This document shows positions 38,600 to 51,148 of a DNA stretch of 64,000 nucleotides, one piece after another (positions within the stretch are counted from its first letter, which is position 1; each line of letters starts with the position of its first letter). The notes below the pieces were generated by a model. That model worked only from the letters and a program-made list of their open reading frames with translations, was not told the origin of the DNA and searched no databases. Location of the stretch: positions 120,796 to 184,795 of the forward strand of contig OZ287718.1 of assembly GCA_965649825.1 (NCBI GenBank), in the 5' to 3' direction. This DNA is from Penicillus capitatus. Its lineage: Eukaryota; Plantae; Chlorophyta. Both the position numbers and the translations under genes were made by a program.

Positions 38600-39835
38600 A
38601 TGTCTGGCTCTCCTTGGGTTGCTTCATTAGACGCGAGTTCTGCCTATCCGGCAGTCTACCAGTCTAAGACGGCACCATTCGCGGTGCCATCTTTACAGCT
38701 CTCCGAAACGTTTTCGCCGTCGGACTACTCATACAGCTATGGAATGCCGACGTATCGCAGTATGGAATCGGGCGAGTATGCAAGTTCTTTGTACTCGTCA
38801 CCACGACCATCGCCGGTTGGATGCGCGGCGGACGTTGAAGAGCTGAAGATTGCCGTGCAACGAGCGCACTGCGGCACCGGAGAAGTCCAACGTGTAATTC
38901 ATTCTTGTCAGTTTCGTCCGAGAGAGCAAGCTTTCACTGCGTTGATCAACATGTGTGGCCGCATGAAGGACTGGCCAAAGGCGCTGGAAGTCTTCGACAG
39001 TATGCTGCAGTCGCCATATGTTAGACCAAACACATTCACATATACAGCCTTGATCTCAGCATGCAGCAATTCCGGAGAGCATCACATGGCATTGAGGTTG
39101 TTCGGTGACATGAAAATCGCAGCCAAGTCGTCGGCTGCCTGTAAACCGAACTTGGTGACGTACAGTGCAATCATTGCCTCTTGTGAAAAGGGAGATATGG
39201 CTGAATCTGCACTGGAACTCTGTGATGAGATGCTTGACGAAGGCATTGAACCTGACCGAGTCACTTACGTTTCAGTCCTCTCTGCATGTCAGACTCTTCG
39301 AAATTGGGACAAAGCTGAAGAGATTGTGAATCGCATGCACAGGGCCGGCCTTCCAGCGACTGTCAGCATTTACTATCAGTTGCTGATCCACTACGCCAAC
39401 AATAATGATTGGTCACAGGCTCTTGATCTCTTCCTCATCATGCAAATGCAAGGTCAGAACGCAAATCGAGATATGTGCCGGGCATTCATGAAGGCTCTTG
39501 AGAATGGTGGCCGCCACGACATGGCCTTACAGTTACTGGACTCAATGTGGGATGCCGGAATGGTGATTGACATTGAAACGTATAATTCTGCTCTTCGAGT
39601 CCTCGGAAGACATGGACAGTGGGAAAACGCATTGAGACTTCTGAAGGAAATCAAGTCTGCCCATTTGAAGATGAATCTGGAAACTGCCAACTCTGTATTG
39701 ACTGCGGCCATTCGGGGAGAGCAAGATCACTTAGTACAGAAGCTGATGGAGAATTTCTCTCTCTGTGGTCTCAGACCTGATCTCGCGAAGATAAAAGCAA
39801 GAATAATCGAACAAGACGAGATCTTGAGACAATAA
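38600..39835 (+). CDS. Pentatricopeptide repeat protein, paralog B (intronless)
   Basis: PNTFTYTALISACSNSG, PNLVTYSAIIASCEKG and PDRVTYVSVLSAC; same architecture as paralog A. Confidence 0.9.
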   Translation: MSGSPWVASLDASSAYPAVYQSKTAPFAVPSLQLSETFSPSDYSYSYGMPTYRSMESGEYASSLYSSPRPSPVGCAADVEELKIAVQRAHCGTGEVQRVIHSCQFRPREQAFTALINMCGRMKDWPKALEVFDSMLQSPYVRPNTFTYTALISACSNSGEHHMALRLFGDMKIAAKSSAACKPNLVTYSAIIASCEKGDMAESALELCDEMLDEGIEPDRVTYVSVLSACQTLRNWDKAEEIVNRMHRAGLPATVSIYYQLLIHYANNNDWSQALDLFLIMQMQGQNANRDMCRAFMKALENGGRHDMALQLLDSMWDAGMVIDIETYNSALRVLGRHGQWENALRLLKEIKSAHLKMNLETANSVLTAAIRGEQDHLVQKLMENFSLCGLRPDLAKIKARIIEQDEILRQ

Positions 39836-40902
39836 TCCGACGTACTTCTTTCCAGAGGTCATCTATGGATGTCTGTTTATCCACTCTCGTCCCTTGCAGC
39901 ACGTTTTGCAGGGAATGATTGAACAAATGTGGCTTTCAGGTAGATCTACGTTTCGAGAAGCAGGCAGCCTTATCCTCAAATGAGTACTCTGTTCTCAAAG
40001 AGTCTTGCATATATGTAGCATCTAGTACTGGCACGAGACAGAAATCTCTCTTGTCTACAACAACCAAAACCAGAATCATTTTTTACACTGAACCTTTTTT
40101 GCGGTCGGATGAAAAATCCCGTTTGCCAAATCATTGACAGAAGTGTGGGTATATATATCCATGCTTTTCCTCTTCACTTGACAGTATTCGAAAACAGGAG
40201 ATCTTCCATCAAGGCGATGGCTTTACCGTTCTTGTTGTGTAGCACACTGATCTTTCTTCATCGTTTGTTTGTTGTTTTCGCATTACTAGCAGAAAAAAAG
40301 TCACCGTGCCGATCAGCACAGAAGCGTGTTTTTGGCTGATCCATTCCTTTTTATTTTCCTCACTAAAAAAATCATCACAATCACAGTCGCCATCGATCAA
40401 TTTCCAACGCCAAAGAAATCGTTGAATGATGGTTGACCCTGTCAATAGCACGCACGCATTGCAAGTTCTAGCGTTATCATTCATCGCTGAAAGTTCTTTG
40501 ATTGGCGTTTTTCTTCCTCGTTTTCGTTATTTTTGACAGTTTAAAGGTCTTCTGTGAGTAATGACTAAGCTGCTCTGCACGGCTGAAAACGAACGCTGTT
40601 TTTATTGCCAGGGGCAAGTTTATTCTGGATAGTGTACAGATTTAATTCATCCATTTCCTCCTGACACTACTAGGGAACCATCAAAGGGAGATCCAGATCT
40701 ATTGAGGAATCGACATTCTGTTTGAGCGTGTCAGCTTCGATCTTGTCAAAAAAGTGCCTATGCAGATACATGTATTGTACAAATTGAGATACGCGAGTGA
40801 TTTGCGTGTGGTCATTGTTGTCTGGGATGTGTGAGTGAGTGAGTGAGTCCTAAAAGAATAAGGATAGCTGTTACAGTGCAGCTGTCTCTTCCACACATAA
40901 GG

Positions 40903-42492
40903 CTAGATCATGCGAACCTCGTAGTTACCAGCCATGGTGATATACCTCACCCAAGGCAATGCCTGATAACCACTCTTTTCGATCACTTTCAAATACCGGA
41001 CTTGTATGCCCGAGACTGTGTAGTATGGGATCTCGAATTTGACTTTGATAGGAGGCATGCGGCCTGATGCGTCATCCTCTGCTTGAACAGACGGTAAACT
41101 GAACTGACATCTCAGCAGATACTCCTTTCCACCGGGAAAGCTTTTGATTTTCCACACCAACGCCTCATTGTCCGGCTCATAAGTTGCAGATCCCTGAGAT
41201 GTTCTCACAGATGGTGTCGTGGCATCCGATGGAAGGGGGACGTCGATCTGCACATTGATGGCAGCCGACCTCTCTTTGAACTGCGACCGTGCTTTGACCA
41301 GGTATTCTGTTCGACTCCTGCTGTGTTTCTCAACAGTGGCTTCGATCCAAATCAAAGGTCTAAAGGAGTCAATCATTGATAACGTGTGTGTCAGTGATGG
41401 ATCTGCTGCTGTGAGCACTTGATGTTCTGACTCAGACGGTAATTCATGAGATCGAAGTTCCCGTCTGGGGGAATGAAAGAAATCGTGCGATCATTCTCAA
41501 AACGAGCGAGACGAACACACTGATGAAACTTAATGTCTTCCAAATCAACTGCTTTGTTTACTCCACGACCTTGGGATTGAAAGAGTACCTGCAGAAAGAA
41601 CATGTCCCGTTAACACTCATCACCAATAATCGCCGACATCTCGATTACTTTGTCGTTCAATCCCAGTTTGCATTCAGGCATACCACTTAGAAATGTTCGC
41701 ATTTTCAGAGCACCGACGACCTCAGATTGAACAACAAGTCCATTTGTGTTGACGAGAAGATTGACACTTTCCACAACGTCCAAAAACACTTCATTCTTCT
41801 TATGTTTGATCCCTTCCGAGCGCCACGAAACCACATTGGTCACCGCCATCGGAGGCTTTTGGATCTATCCCACAGCAACGGATAAACGGATGGATGGATC
41901 GGTATCTATCGTAATGCATTCTGGGTGCTTTCTCTTACCTCCATGCGATGCGCATCCGTTTTGATGAATTCGGAAAGTATTTTGCCCTCTGTGAACTGCG
42001 GATATCCAAAATCCATAACCTGGATTCAGATCACAAAAACAAGACGCCTTCCACCCTTGCTTGTTTCCTGGATAGAGCTTGCTTCATCAAGCAGTTCGTA
42101 GACAATGACAAAGTTGTCTCTGAGGGATTCTTCTTCCAATTCTTCAAAGTACTCTTTGAATACATCCACCAGACGATGTAGGAAGAGCACAACAGAACTC
42201 GCATTGATATTCGAGCGTGTCATTGCCAGAAGGTAAAGATTCGAATGCTGTGTCCAAACATACGTGATTCCTTCCATCAGTACAAGAACACTCAATGGAA
42301 AGGCTCGGCGTTGAGCGCAGAGGATTGATTACCATCGTCGTAGACGACTGGGGTCAAGTGTCCTCCCTCTTCTAAGTCGTTCAGCTTATTAAAGAACCGT
42401 TCTGCTTGACTGCTGGGAATATCGCCACGGTAATCCCTGCTGAGGATGATTCTGCCTTTCGTGTCGAGGAAGTGCAGCGCCGACACAGCCAT
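40903..42492 (-). CDS. AP1M: AP-1 adaptor complex subunit mu, multi-exon
   Basis: SRDYRGD, LRDNFVIVYELLDE, VSWRSEGIKHKKNEVFLDV, KFHQCVRLARFENDRTISFIPPDG, GYQALPWVRYIT. Confidence 0.96.
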
Positions 42493-42671
42493 CCGCGACG
42501 ATTCCGCTTTTCAGGTTTCGTTGATATCCCTCCCGGTCAGTAGAGTGCGAGAGAGATGCAGAGGGAGACCAATCATCCCTCGTCACCATCATCATTATTT
42601 TCTCAATGGCGTCGTACTCCTATCATTAGTGCCTCCATCATGCTCTAGGCGCCATCCCTTCACCAGTGATC

Positions 42672-43957
42672 ATGCAGACAGGCGTTCTGAGTGCACTGAA
42701 ACATGAATTTGGCACTGCATTCGGGGGACCAGTGCTGAATTCGACGCTATCTGCGACGGCTCTCTATATTCTGAATGGAAAGTATTCACCTTCGAGTAGA
42801 TGTCGTTTCCCAGCCGGTGGCGCGAATTGCGATGCTCCAACATCCAGATACGTACGCCCTGCTTATAGATCTGCAAGATCCCCTGACCGACGATCGCATG
42901 TGTGGCGCTGCAGGATGACTTCATGTACTGCCCCAGAGTCAAAAGCTTCAATGAAGTTTTCTCCCCTCGGACAGTGACCTTAATCCTGGCAAAGAAGTAT
43001 GTCCCTGCTTCACAAGATGCACACTAATCTTGATTCTCTTTATTCCTTTGCATCTCATGGAGATATTCTGTGATAGTTTGTTCGTAAATATCATGATAAA
43101 GATGTCTCGATACATCGCTGAAAGTTGTCAGGAACTGCAAGAAGCAGAAGATGAAGTCAGTCCTGGACTCCTGTTCTCAGCGTAACCTGATTTTTGTTGC
43201 CAGGATCGCGAACCCGAGATGCCAGATTTTCCTCCTCTTGAAGGGGCTGTCAAGAATGGGCTGCTGGGATCGTTACGTCAGGCCACTGTTCTGTTTGTGA
43301 GGTGCGTCAATGGGGTGGGAACATGGACGACAAACATGTGCTCTCAGATGGATTTATGATCAGTGTGCCCATGCCCTACTTTCAGCTCGTTTTGCTTTCA
43401 AGATGTTGAGAGGTATGGACACCCATCAAGCCATGACCAGCATGTCCTTTGAAGCTGGCTGTCATTTCCTGCAGACTATCGCAAAGAAGTGTTGGATGTT
43501 CTCTTGAAGATGCCCAACAGGCTTCATATGATCAGTCCTGTTTATACAATCTCGATGGAGAGTAAGAAGCTCTCTGTCTAAATCAGGAGCTTTGTATCTT
43601 GTGTGTTCTTAATTCTTAGCAAGCTACACATGGCTTCTGGCAGACTTTACCGTGGCTCTTTTTTTCGCTACCATAAGGTATTCCTATGTGTTAATTTGCC
43701 TGGACAATTCCTCAGAGTGTTCTCCATTCAGAATGTTCTATGTGAAGGACAAGACGCAAAGACGTGAGTATTGGTTGAGATGCATGGGATTTCAGGCCGC
43801 CAAGAACGTTTGTCAGTTATTTGTGTCGCCATTGGGAGCCGTCTTTGGAGTCTTACTGACAAAGAGCGTGAGAGGAACGCTTGTCGGATACAATGTGGCA
43901 GAAATCACACTCACTGCTGCCATGGAGATGACCTTAGTTGCTTACAACAGCAAGTAG
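42672..43957 (+). CDS. Hypothetical multi-exon protein with hydrophobic C-terminus
   Basis: A chain of short stop-free segments flanked by plausible GT/AG sites: DDFMYCPRVKSFNEVF, DREPEMPDFPPLEG, WIYDQCAHALLSARF, KNVCQLFVSPLGAVFGVLL. No family recognised and splicing not fully resolved. Confidence 0.4.
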
Positions 43958-44529
43958 GAACGGTCGCTCGTCGCACATCATCAAAAATCTCCCGCCTGTT
44001 TAAGATAATGCTGCTTCGATGTCCCATGTCTGCGTCGTTCTTTCCATCGATGTGTTCTCGTCTCGAATTCTCGCTTCTTCCCCTGAAATTACCCGTTCGT
44101 ATCCATGCACTGGTTAGACTTGAATCTCTGAAAAGAATTTGTTTCCGCGAGACGCTGTCGTCCAACCCTGTATCTCATGATAGTAGGCTAAAGCGAAGCG
44201 ACAGGCGACCGCAGATTCCAACCGCTCTCCACGTGAATTCGGTTCATATTGTATCACGGTCACATCAGATTCATTAGATGACCAATCCCGCACGTCTGTG
44301 GACTGTCTAAGGCCAAAAAGACAGCAATGTCGTACTGTAAATGAGGTTTGTGGGCCATATAAGCAGACGGTTGTCCTTCACTTCATGTCCGCGTACATAG
44401 TAACAAAAATATGCTCGCTTAGGTCGCCATAGAAATCTTACTGCTGGTAATTGCTCGAATTTTTACCCTCAATCTTTTCACCCGGACGAACGTGAGGTCG
44501 ACACGCACTCACAGACTCGTGTTTCCGAG

Positions 44530-45772
44530 ATGGAGAATGCAATGCCATTCGTTTGTGGACAATACTGCCTGTCTGCGCCTCGGCCATACGCATTGTACCC
44601 ATATTCCATCCTGGCGATATCACAGGGTTCAGGCGACCATTGCCATTCCGCCGGAGACATGGGTCGGCCGACGAGTCGCAGTTCGACGAAAGAGAATCTC
44701 AGCAGTCCGTCCGCCTGGGTAAGGAGCCCGACGTTTGAAAATCGGAGAGGACTTCAGGCGCCATTCGACATGGATACTCTCAAGGCGATGATTCAAGCGG
44801 CACGGCCGGACTGCGGAGAAGTACGCAAAGCCATTCTTTCGTGTACATTCAAGCCCCGAGAAAGAGCATTCACGCGTTTGATAAATATGTGTGGTCGACA
44901 AAAGGAATCGCGAAAAGCGATGGAAGTGTTTGCAACTATGCGAGAGTGTCGTGGTTTGCGACCAAACACTTACACATATTCGGCACTCATCTCCGCTTGC
45001 AGCAACTCCGGCGACTGGGACTCAGCTGTTGACGTATTTCACCGAATGAAACAGGCTGCTGTCAGTGATCCAGGATGTCGTCCTAATCAAGTAAGGGCCT
45101 GTTCTTACACAAGATCGTCCTTCAGCAATCTGTTGATCTTGCTAGGTGACATACAACGCCATCATTGCTGCCAGTGAACGCGGAGGTCGATATGACGTTT
45201 GTTTGGCATGTTTTCAAGACATGGTTGATAGCGATGCCTTACCAGACAGTGTAGCATATTGCTCGGCAATAAATGCCTGTCAAAAAATGGGACAATGGAG
45301 AGAGGCGGAGAGAATTCTTTCAGACATGCATGAGCGGGAATTCGTTGCTAGTGTCGGGGTCTATGCTTCAATGATCGAGCACTATGCGACGTATTCCTGC
45401 TGGGAGTCTGCTTTGGATTTGTTTATGACGATGCAGGTGCTGGGACAGACTGTCGACGTTCGTTGTTGTGAGGGACTAATGATGGCATTCGTCTCAGGCC
45501 AGAAACCAGAAATGGCCTATCATCTTCTCGAATCCATGCGGACGAATGATATCCAGATCAACACATCAACGTTTTCAGCTGCGTTACGCATCATCACGGC
45601 TGCTTCACGATGGGAATTGGCATACGATCTCGTCACTGCTCTCCATGACAATGGCAAGGACATTGCACTGGAGACGGTGTTGCCTGTTATCCAGTCTATG
45701 AAGTTGGCGGGGAAACAAGAGATGGCCACGGGACTGGAAACCATCGTTAAGCAGTTAAACACCGATAGTTAG
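44530..45772 (+). CDS. Pentatricopeptide repeat protein, paralog C (one intron, about 45091-45144)
   Basis: FKPRERAFTRLINMCG, PNTYTYSALISACSNSG, DPGCRPNQ/VTYNAIIAASERGG. Confidence 0.88.
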
Positions 45773-46416
45773 TCGAATCGTGCTCTTGTACAAGGATAAT
45801 TGCGTTTGGGTGATTGCAACCGGGCTGTGAGGTATGCAATCATGAAAGGTCGCAATTATCTGTCATGTATAACAAGCACGTTCGTACGAGTATGGGACAT
45901 GTAACGTTGGGTTTACAACCGATATCCGTAAGGATGCATGCTTTGCCTAATGCATGCTTTACTTATTCTTTCGTGGTGTATTTGTTCTTCATTCCCATGT
46001 TGTCGATAGATCCCTTTTTCGTCGTATGTTCGTGAAAATCACAGATCTATTGCTCTCTCTCCATCTGCTGTTGAAAACTGGCTCTCTAAAGCATCCGCAG
46101 CGAAACATTTTGTCCCTTTATATTTTCTCCTTCACTATAGAAGAAATGCGTTTTCAGGATATCGGACTCCTTGAAATACGTCAAGCTTAGCAATACAATC
46201 TTTTTGACAAGGAATGTTATCATCCTCCTTGCCTTGCTTTTCTATGCAATATTGTGAAACTTCAGAAAGTTGATGAATGTGATTGCTGGATTCAGCTTCG
46301 TTAAAATCCAATATCCTGATCACAGCATGCTGATAATCTGTTTGATCTTATTCACCTTTTGGAGATGTCTTGGCATTTCTCTTCTTTGGTGCTTAAATAA
46401 TTCTCTCTTTGTGTGA

Positions 46417-48900
46417 TTGTTCTTCAGTGTAGTGTTTCTTTCTGCTTCGTACCGCGAAAATCGATGCATCAGGCCGATGAGAAACATGAATGAGCCAATG
46501 ACGATGAATATCGACAGAGTACCTATTCAAACATATCGAGTTCGTGGGCAACGTTGTTATCCGCAACAGGACACCGACGCGATTCGCCAGTTGTCTCTCT
46601 CTCTCGCGACGACCAAGAAGAGGATTCTTTTCTTTGCAGACTTGCGCAGAAAAGCAGAACACTTAATCCCAACTGCCTGGTCGCTGCGTCGCCAGTCCAC
46701 TGTGCAACCAGTCGCTGTCTCATTACCCACCAGGATGTCCTTCTTTCAGGAACCAATCACTTATCACCACTGCACTGAGTACGATGGTATTGACGCTACT
46801 GAGAACAAGCTCAACAGTGTCCTGAAAGGTAATTTGAGAAAGAAAATGATCCATCATGCACGGACATGCATTCCATTCTTCGAATTCCACAGACTCAGGA
46901 AGTCAATCGTCACGTGGAGATACTTCATTGAACAGGCACACTTTCAGAAAATAAAGAGTATCATAGAGCAGACTTCTCTCTTCGGACATGAAAAGATCTA
47001 TCGAATGCTTCAGAAGATCCGGGAAATCTCCCTCCGCGCGCATCACGTCCACTTCTTCAGATACCTCGTTGAACCGTCGTTAGATGACATCCATCTAAGA
47101 ACGCCAGCGAAATGACAGTAAGGAGTCTTCGCATGGTTCAGAAAGGTAATTGCAGGAAGGTACATTTCTTCGACCTGGAAAACGAGTATCGGCACAGCGT
47201 CATCGAGCCGCAATTTTCGCTGTCTTGAAAGAATGTCAGAAAGTGTTAAAGAACGTGTCCAGCCCGATTGAAAGTCGTCACCAGTCCGTTCAGTGGCCAC
47301 TCGACAGTATCCAGTTGGAATTTGACAAGTGTTCGGATGAGCTTTGGCATATCAATGACACGTGAAAGCAGACCATTCCAGCGACAAGGTATGCATGTGC
47401 AGATAGACGCGGTGAGATCGATGATTTCGTATCAGAATTCTTCAAGAAACAGAGACCTGGACGAGAGAGCTCCTTCGGCTTGTAGGTCTGGCAGATTTTA
47501 TACTGCAAACAGAGGTTGCCCGTGTCTTGTATACCACTTCCGAAACTGTTCTGTGCCAAATGAAATGGACGAGAAGCCCATGATTCGAGTAGAACTCTCC
47601 TGCACAACGGACCCGTTCACAATGCCTCTGAAACAGATCCAAGTGCTTTAAGGCTCGATGCCTTGAGCTTCCTAACTGTTATTGACAAACAATCCGCACG
47701 CAGGCTGTAAGAGACGCTATTGATCCGATGATTGACTTTGTCCAACAGATCTGTCTGCCACAGAGGATAACCGGAGCGAGGAATGTACCGATTCTTATGA
47801 AAGAATGGAACGAGAAAGAAGACATCGACTATGTACTATGGTGCGAGCGTTAGCTGAAGAAGGCGTGGTACGAACAATGCAATGAACACAGCAAAATCTA
47901 TAGTTAAACGGCATTGATTCACGGCGCAGAGCGTATTCGAGAGGAGAATGTGTCTGTCTTACAAAAGTGCCTGAGCGAGGCTCGTCGATGGATGGAATTG
48001 ATGTCACAGACACTGACCCTTTGTGTCGATCTTTCGACGGAAAGCTCGATACTTCCCAGATCACATAAGCTGAAGAAGAAGTACTATCGCTCAGATGTGT
48101 AATGCATTGTCGTTGTGCGACGGCAGCTTAAGCGAATGTTCGATGTAATGCAGGCTACAGAGAGGTCATTTGTGGCAGCAATCAGCCTTTTTCTGCACAG
48201 GAGGACTCCATCTCGATTTTAAAAGTTGAGAAATACTAACTAGCGTCGACAGAGGTATTCGATGACTCGATCAGGTGTTTGTGGATAGCCTTGTTAATAG
48301 ATGCTCACAGATCGTCGAACCGAACAGCTACAGCGCGACGTCATTCAGTAACCTCTCTATGGAACGCGAATATAATTTCTCATTCTGTAGAACATGCAGC
48401 GTCGACCATTTCTGGTTGACGATTTCTTCCAATTCTGTCGAGATGCACGACAATTCTGTTAGACAACGAAGAAAGTGAAGGCGGAGGAAGAGACTATCGA
48501 TAAAGGTCATCGCTATCCTTAAAGTCAATCGCGTCATTCTACCATATCAGCAGAATCAAGGAGGATTCTGTTGCACACATCATCTTCTGAGACAGCTCTC
48601 AAGGTGACCGTGCGCAACACGGGGAAAGCTCTGTTCTACGCGAAACAGCTCTTCACGATGGACTCCACTTCGTCCAAGAGAGAGAATCTCTGATGGTGTA
48701 ATCCCTTCATGCAGAAAAAAATGCAGTAGAAGAAACTGTCAGGGTATAGTTGGCAGTTCGAACTGAATTCTGTGAGTGGTTTAGATTTCTCTTTGCAGCT
48801 ACCGAAAGAGCAGATTCCATTGCGTGAAATGCGCAGAACGAAGGTGGCCAAGATGCAGATCAAAATAAGAAAAGTCGACAAAACGACGCCTTACGATCAG
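46417..48900 (+). CDS. Protein resembling the N-terminal tail of DNAH6-type axonemal dynein heavy chain, with no motor domain; boundaries approximate
   Basis: IPFFEFHRLRKSIVTWRYF..YRMLQKIREI, ELLRLVGLADFILQTEV, KPMIRVEL and RRPFLVDDFFQF recall successive DNAH6 N-terminal segments. This is similarity from memory, not a search. Confidence 0.4.
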
Positions 48901-49046
48901 ACATCTCAAAATTGGAGATACCACTGAACAATTGCTTTACACTGTAGCCGGCGGCTTTCACTCACGGTAGACAACGAAATACATTTTTTCAGGAGGTTTA
49001 AAGAGAATGCAAAAATCTGTATTGCTTTGCTCAACATGACATTGTG

Positions 49047-51148
49047 CTAAAAAGAACAGTGACCAGGGTATCGAGGAAAAGGAATGACATCTCTTATGTT
49101 CTCCATCCCTGTCACAAATTGAACGAATCGCTCAAATCCCAAACCGAACCCGGAGTGCGGCACTGATCCATATTTCCTCAAATCCAAATACCACCAGTAG
49201 TCATCAGGATTCAGACCTCCTTCCTTAATTCTTGCAGTCAACTTGTTGTAGTCATCTTCACGTTGACTTCCCCCAATCAATTCACCGATCCCTGGAACAA
49301 GGATATCCATGGCAGCAACTGTCTTTCCATCTTCGTTAAGCTTCATGTAGAATGGCTTTATGTCTTTTGGATAATCGGTCACCACAACTGGTTTTCCGCT
49401 AAAGATGACTTCTGCCAGATGTCGCTCGTGCTCACTTTGCAGGTCATTTCCCCACTCCACGGCGAACTCAAACTGCTTCCCAGACTCTTGGAGCAGATTC
49501 ACTGCATCTGTGTATGTGAGTCGCTTGAATCCTGACGTCGACAGAAGCTGCAACAACAGTATCTCACACAGCACAATGCAGAAGGCCTCTCACTTCTAGA
49601 CGACTGATGAGTCCTCTTTGATAAAATCGATCGAAAAGAGCAAGATCTTCTGTGCATTCTGTCAGAATTCTCTTCAGACAGTACTTGAAGTAGGCTTCGG
49701 CACATGAAATATCTTGAGAAAGGTCACAAAATGCCATCTCAGGTTCCAACATCCAAAACTCTGCCAAATGTCGTGTCGTGTTTGAGTTCTCTGCTCTAAA
49801 CGCTGGGCCAAATGTGTAAACGCGACCTAGTGCACAAGCATATGCTTCGGCATTCAATTGACCTACGTCATCCAGCAATTGATCAGTGCTATCCCTTGGC
49901 ATACGTACCAGATACAGTTAGGAATGAGGCTTGCCCGAAAAAATCCTCCGATGACCGAGGAGGTTCGTTGACAGCAGAAGACTACGAGAGTACAGCGGGT
50001 TTAGCATTTCAGTGATGAGATTTTCCCACACCTCGTTTTTTGTTTTGTTAGGTGCGGAATTGTCATCGGTAAGAAGAGTTGTCACACGAAACATCTCTCC
50101 TGCTCCTTCGCAGTCAGATCCAGATATGATCGGTGTCTGTATATAGTAGAAGCCATTTGATCGGAAAAAGTCATGAGTTGCACAGCAAAGCTCACTGCGA
50201 ACGCGCATAACGGCACTCATTGTGTTCGTCCTACAGCGCAGATGGGCAATGCCTATACTGCTATATCACCTAGCATTGTTCGAGAAGACATGCATCTTTA
50301 CTTCTCAGAAACTCCAGAGAGTGTCTTTTCTTTTGTAACGGATAGCTTGCAGGATCTGCATCACCCAGGAGGAGCAATTTATTCGCCTGCAACTCAATCT
50401 GCACAGATGCACACTATCACTAGTGAATGATGTATTGCTTAGATCACCGTACTTTTTGCTTTCCGCCTGGAGATTCGACAAGTTTTCCTGTCACTGTAAT
50501 TGCAGCTCCTGTATTGATTTTGCCTTCCTTCACAAGATCATAACCCGGCACATCGTCCTGGAGTATCACTTGTAGTGTTGATAGGGTCGATCCATCCGAC
50601 ATCTGTAATGAACGACACAGAATCATGAAACCTGAAGTTATCACACTCGTAACCTCGACGAACGAAAAGCTTTTCTGGGATCTCAGTGTACGCACCCACC
50701 CACTTATCTCGAACTGCTCTCCAACACGTGACACTCCTCCATCTTTCTCACCCTAAGCAACAAATGATGATGCATTCGCTGGCAGTTTAGCATGTTAGAC
50801 TGGAACAATGATATTGCGAATCTGATCTCCAAAACCAGGTATTCTGATCAGAGACTCTATCTTTGAAGATTTCTCTTCTGATGTAATCGCCACATCATTT
50901 CTCGAAGACTCGGAGCGAATTGGACTGATTGAGGTTCTTCGGTGCGTTCTTACTAAATGCCAGATGTCAGCAGCAGAACAAACAGAAAACACTGTACGGA
51001 TCGTGCCGTCGCAAGGGATTCCACTTTCCGGAAGCCTTGAGTCTACGAGAGCAGACCCGCCAGTAGATCGGAGGCCTCTTTTGGAAACTAGCAGTGTGCG
51101 AGTTCTGGATATCGCCATCGCTGAACGTAAAACCGAAGAGCGGATCAT
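49047..51148 (-). CDS. asnS: Asparaginyl-tRNA synthetase, organellar/bacterial-type, multi-exon
   Basis: [82 protein letters not shown]. An Arg/Ser-rich presequence starts at ATG 51148 (51181 also possible). Confidence 0.95.

Noticed and set aside
43771-44277. 168-aa plus-strand ORF upstream of PPR paralog C
   Set aside because: It overlaps the last exon of the hypothetical gene in another frame and has no protein-like features; probably UTR/promoter.
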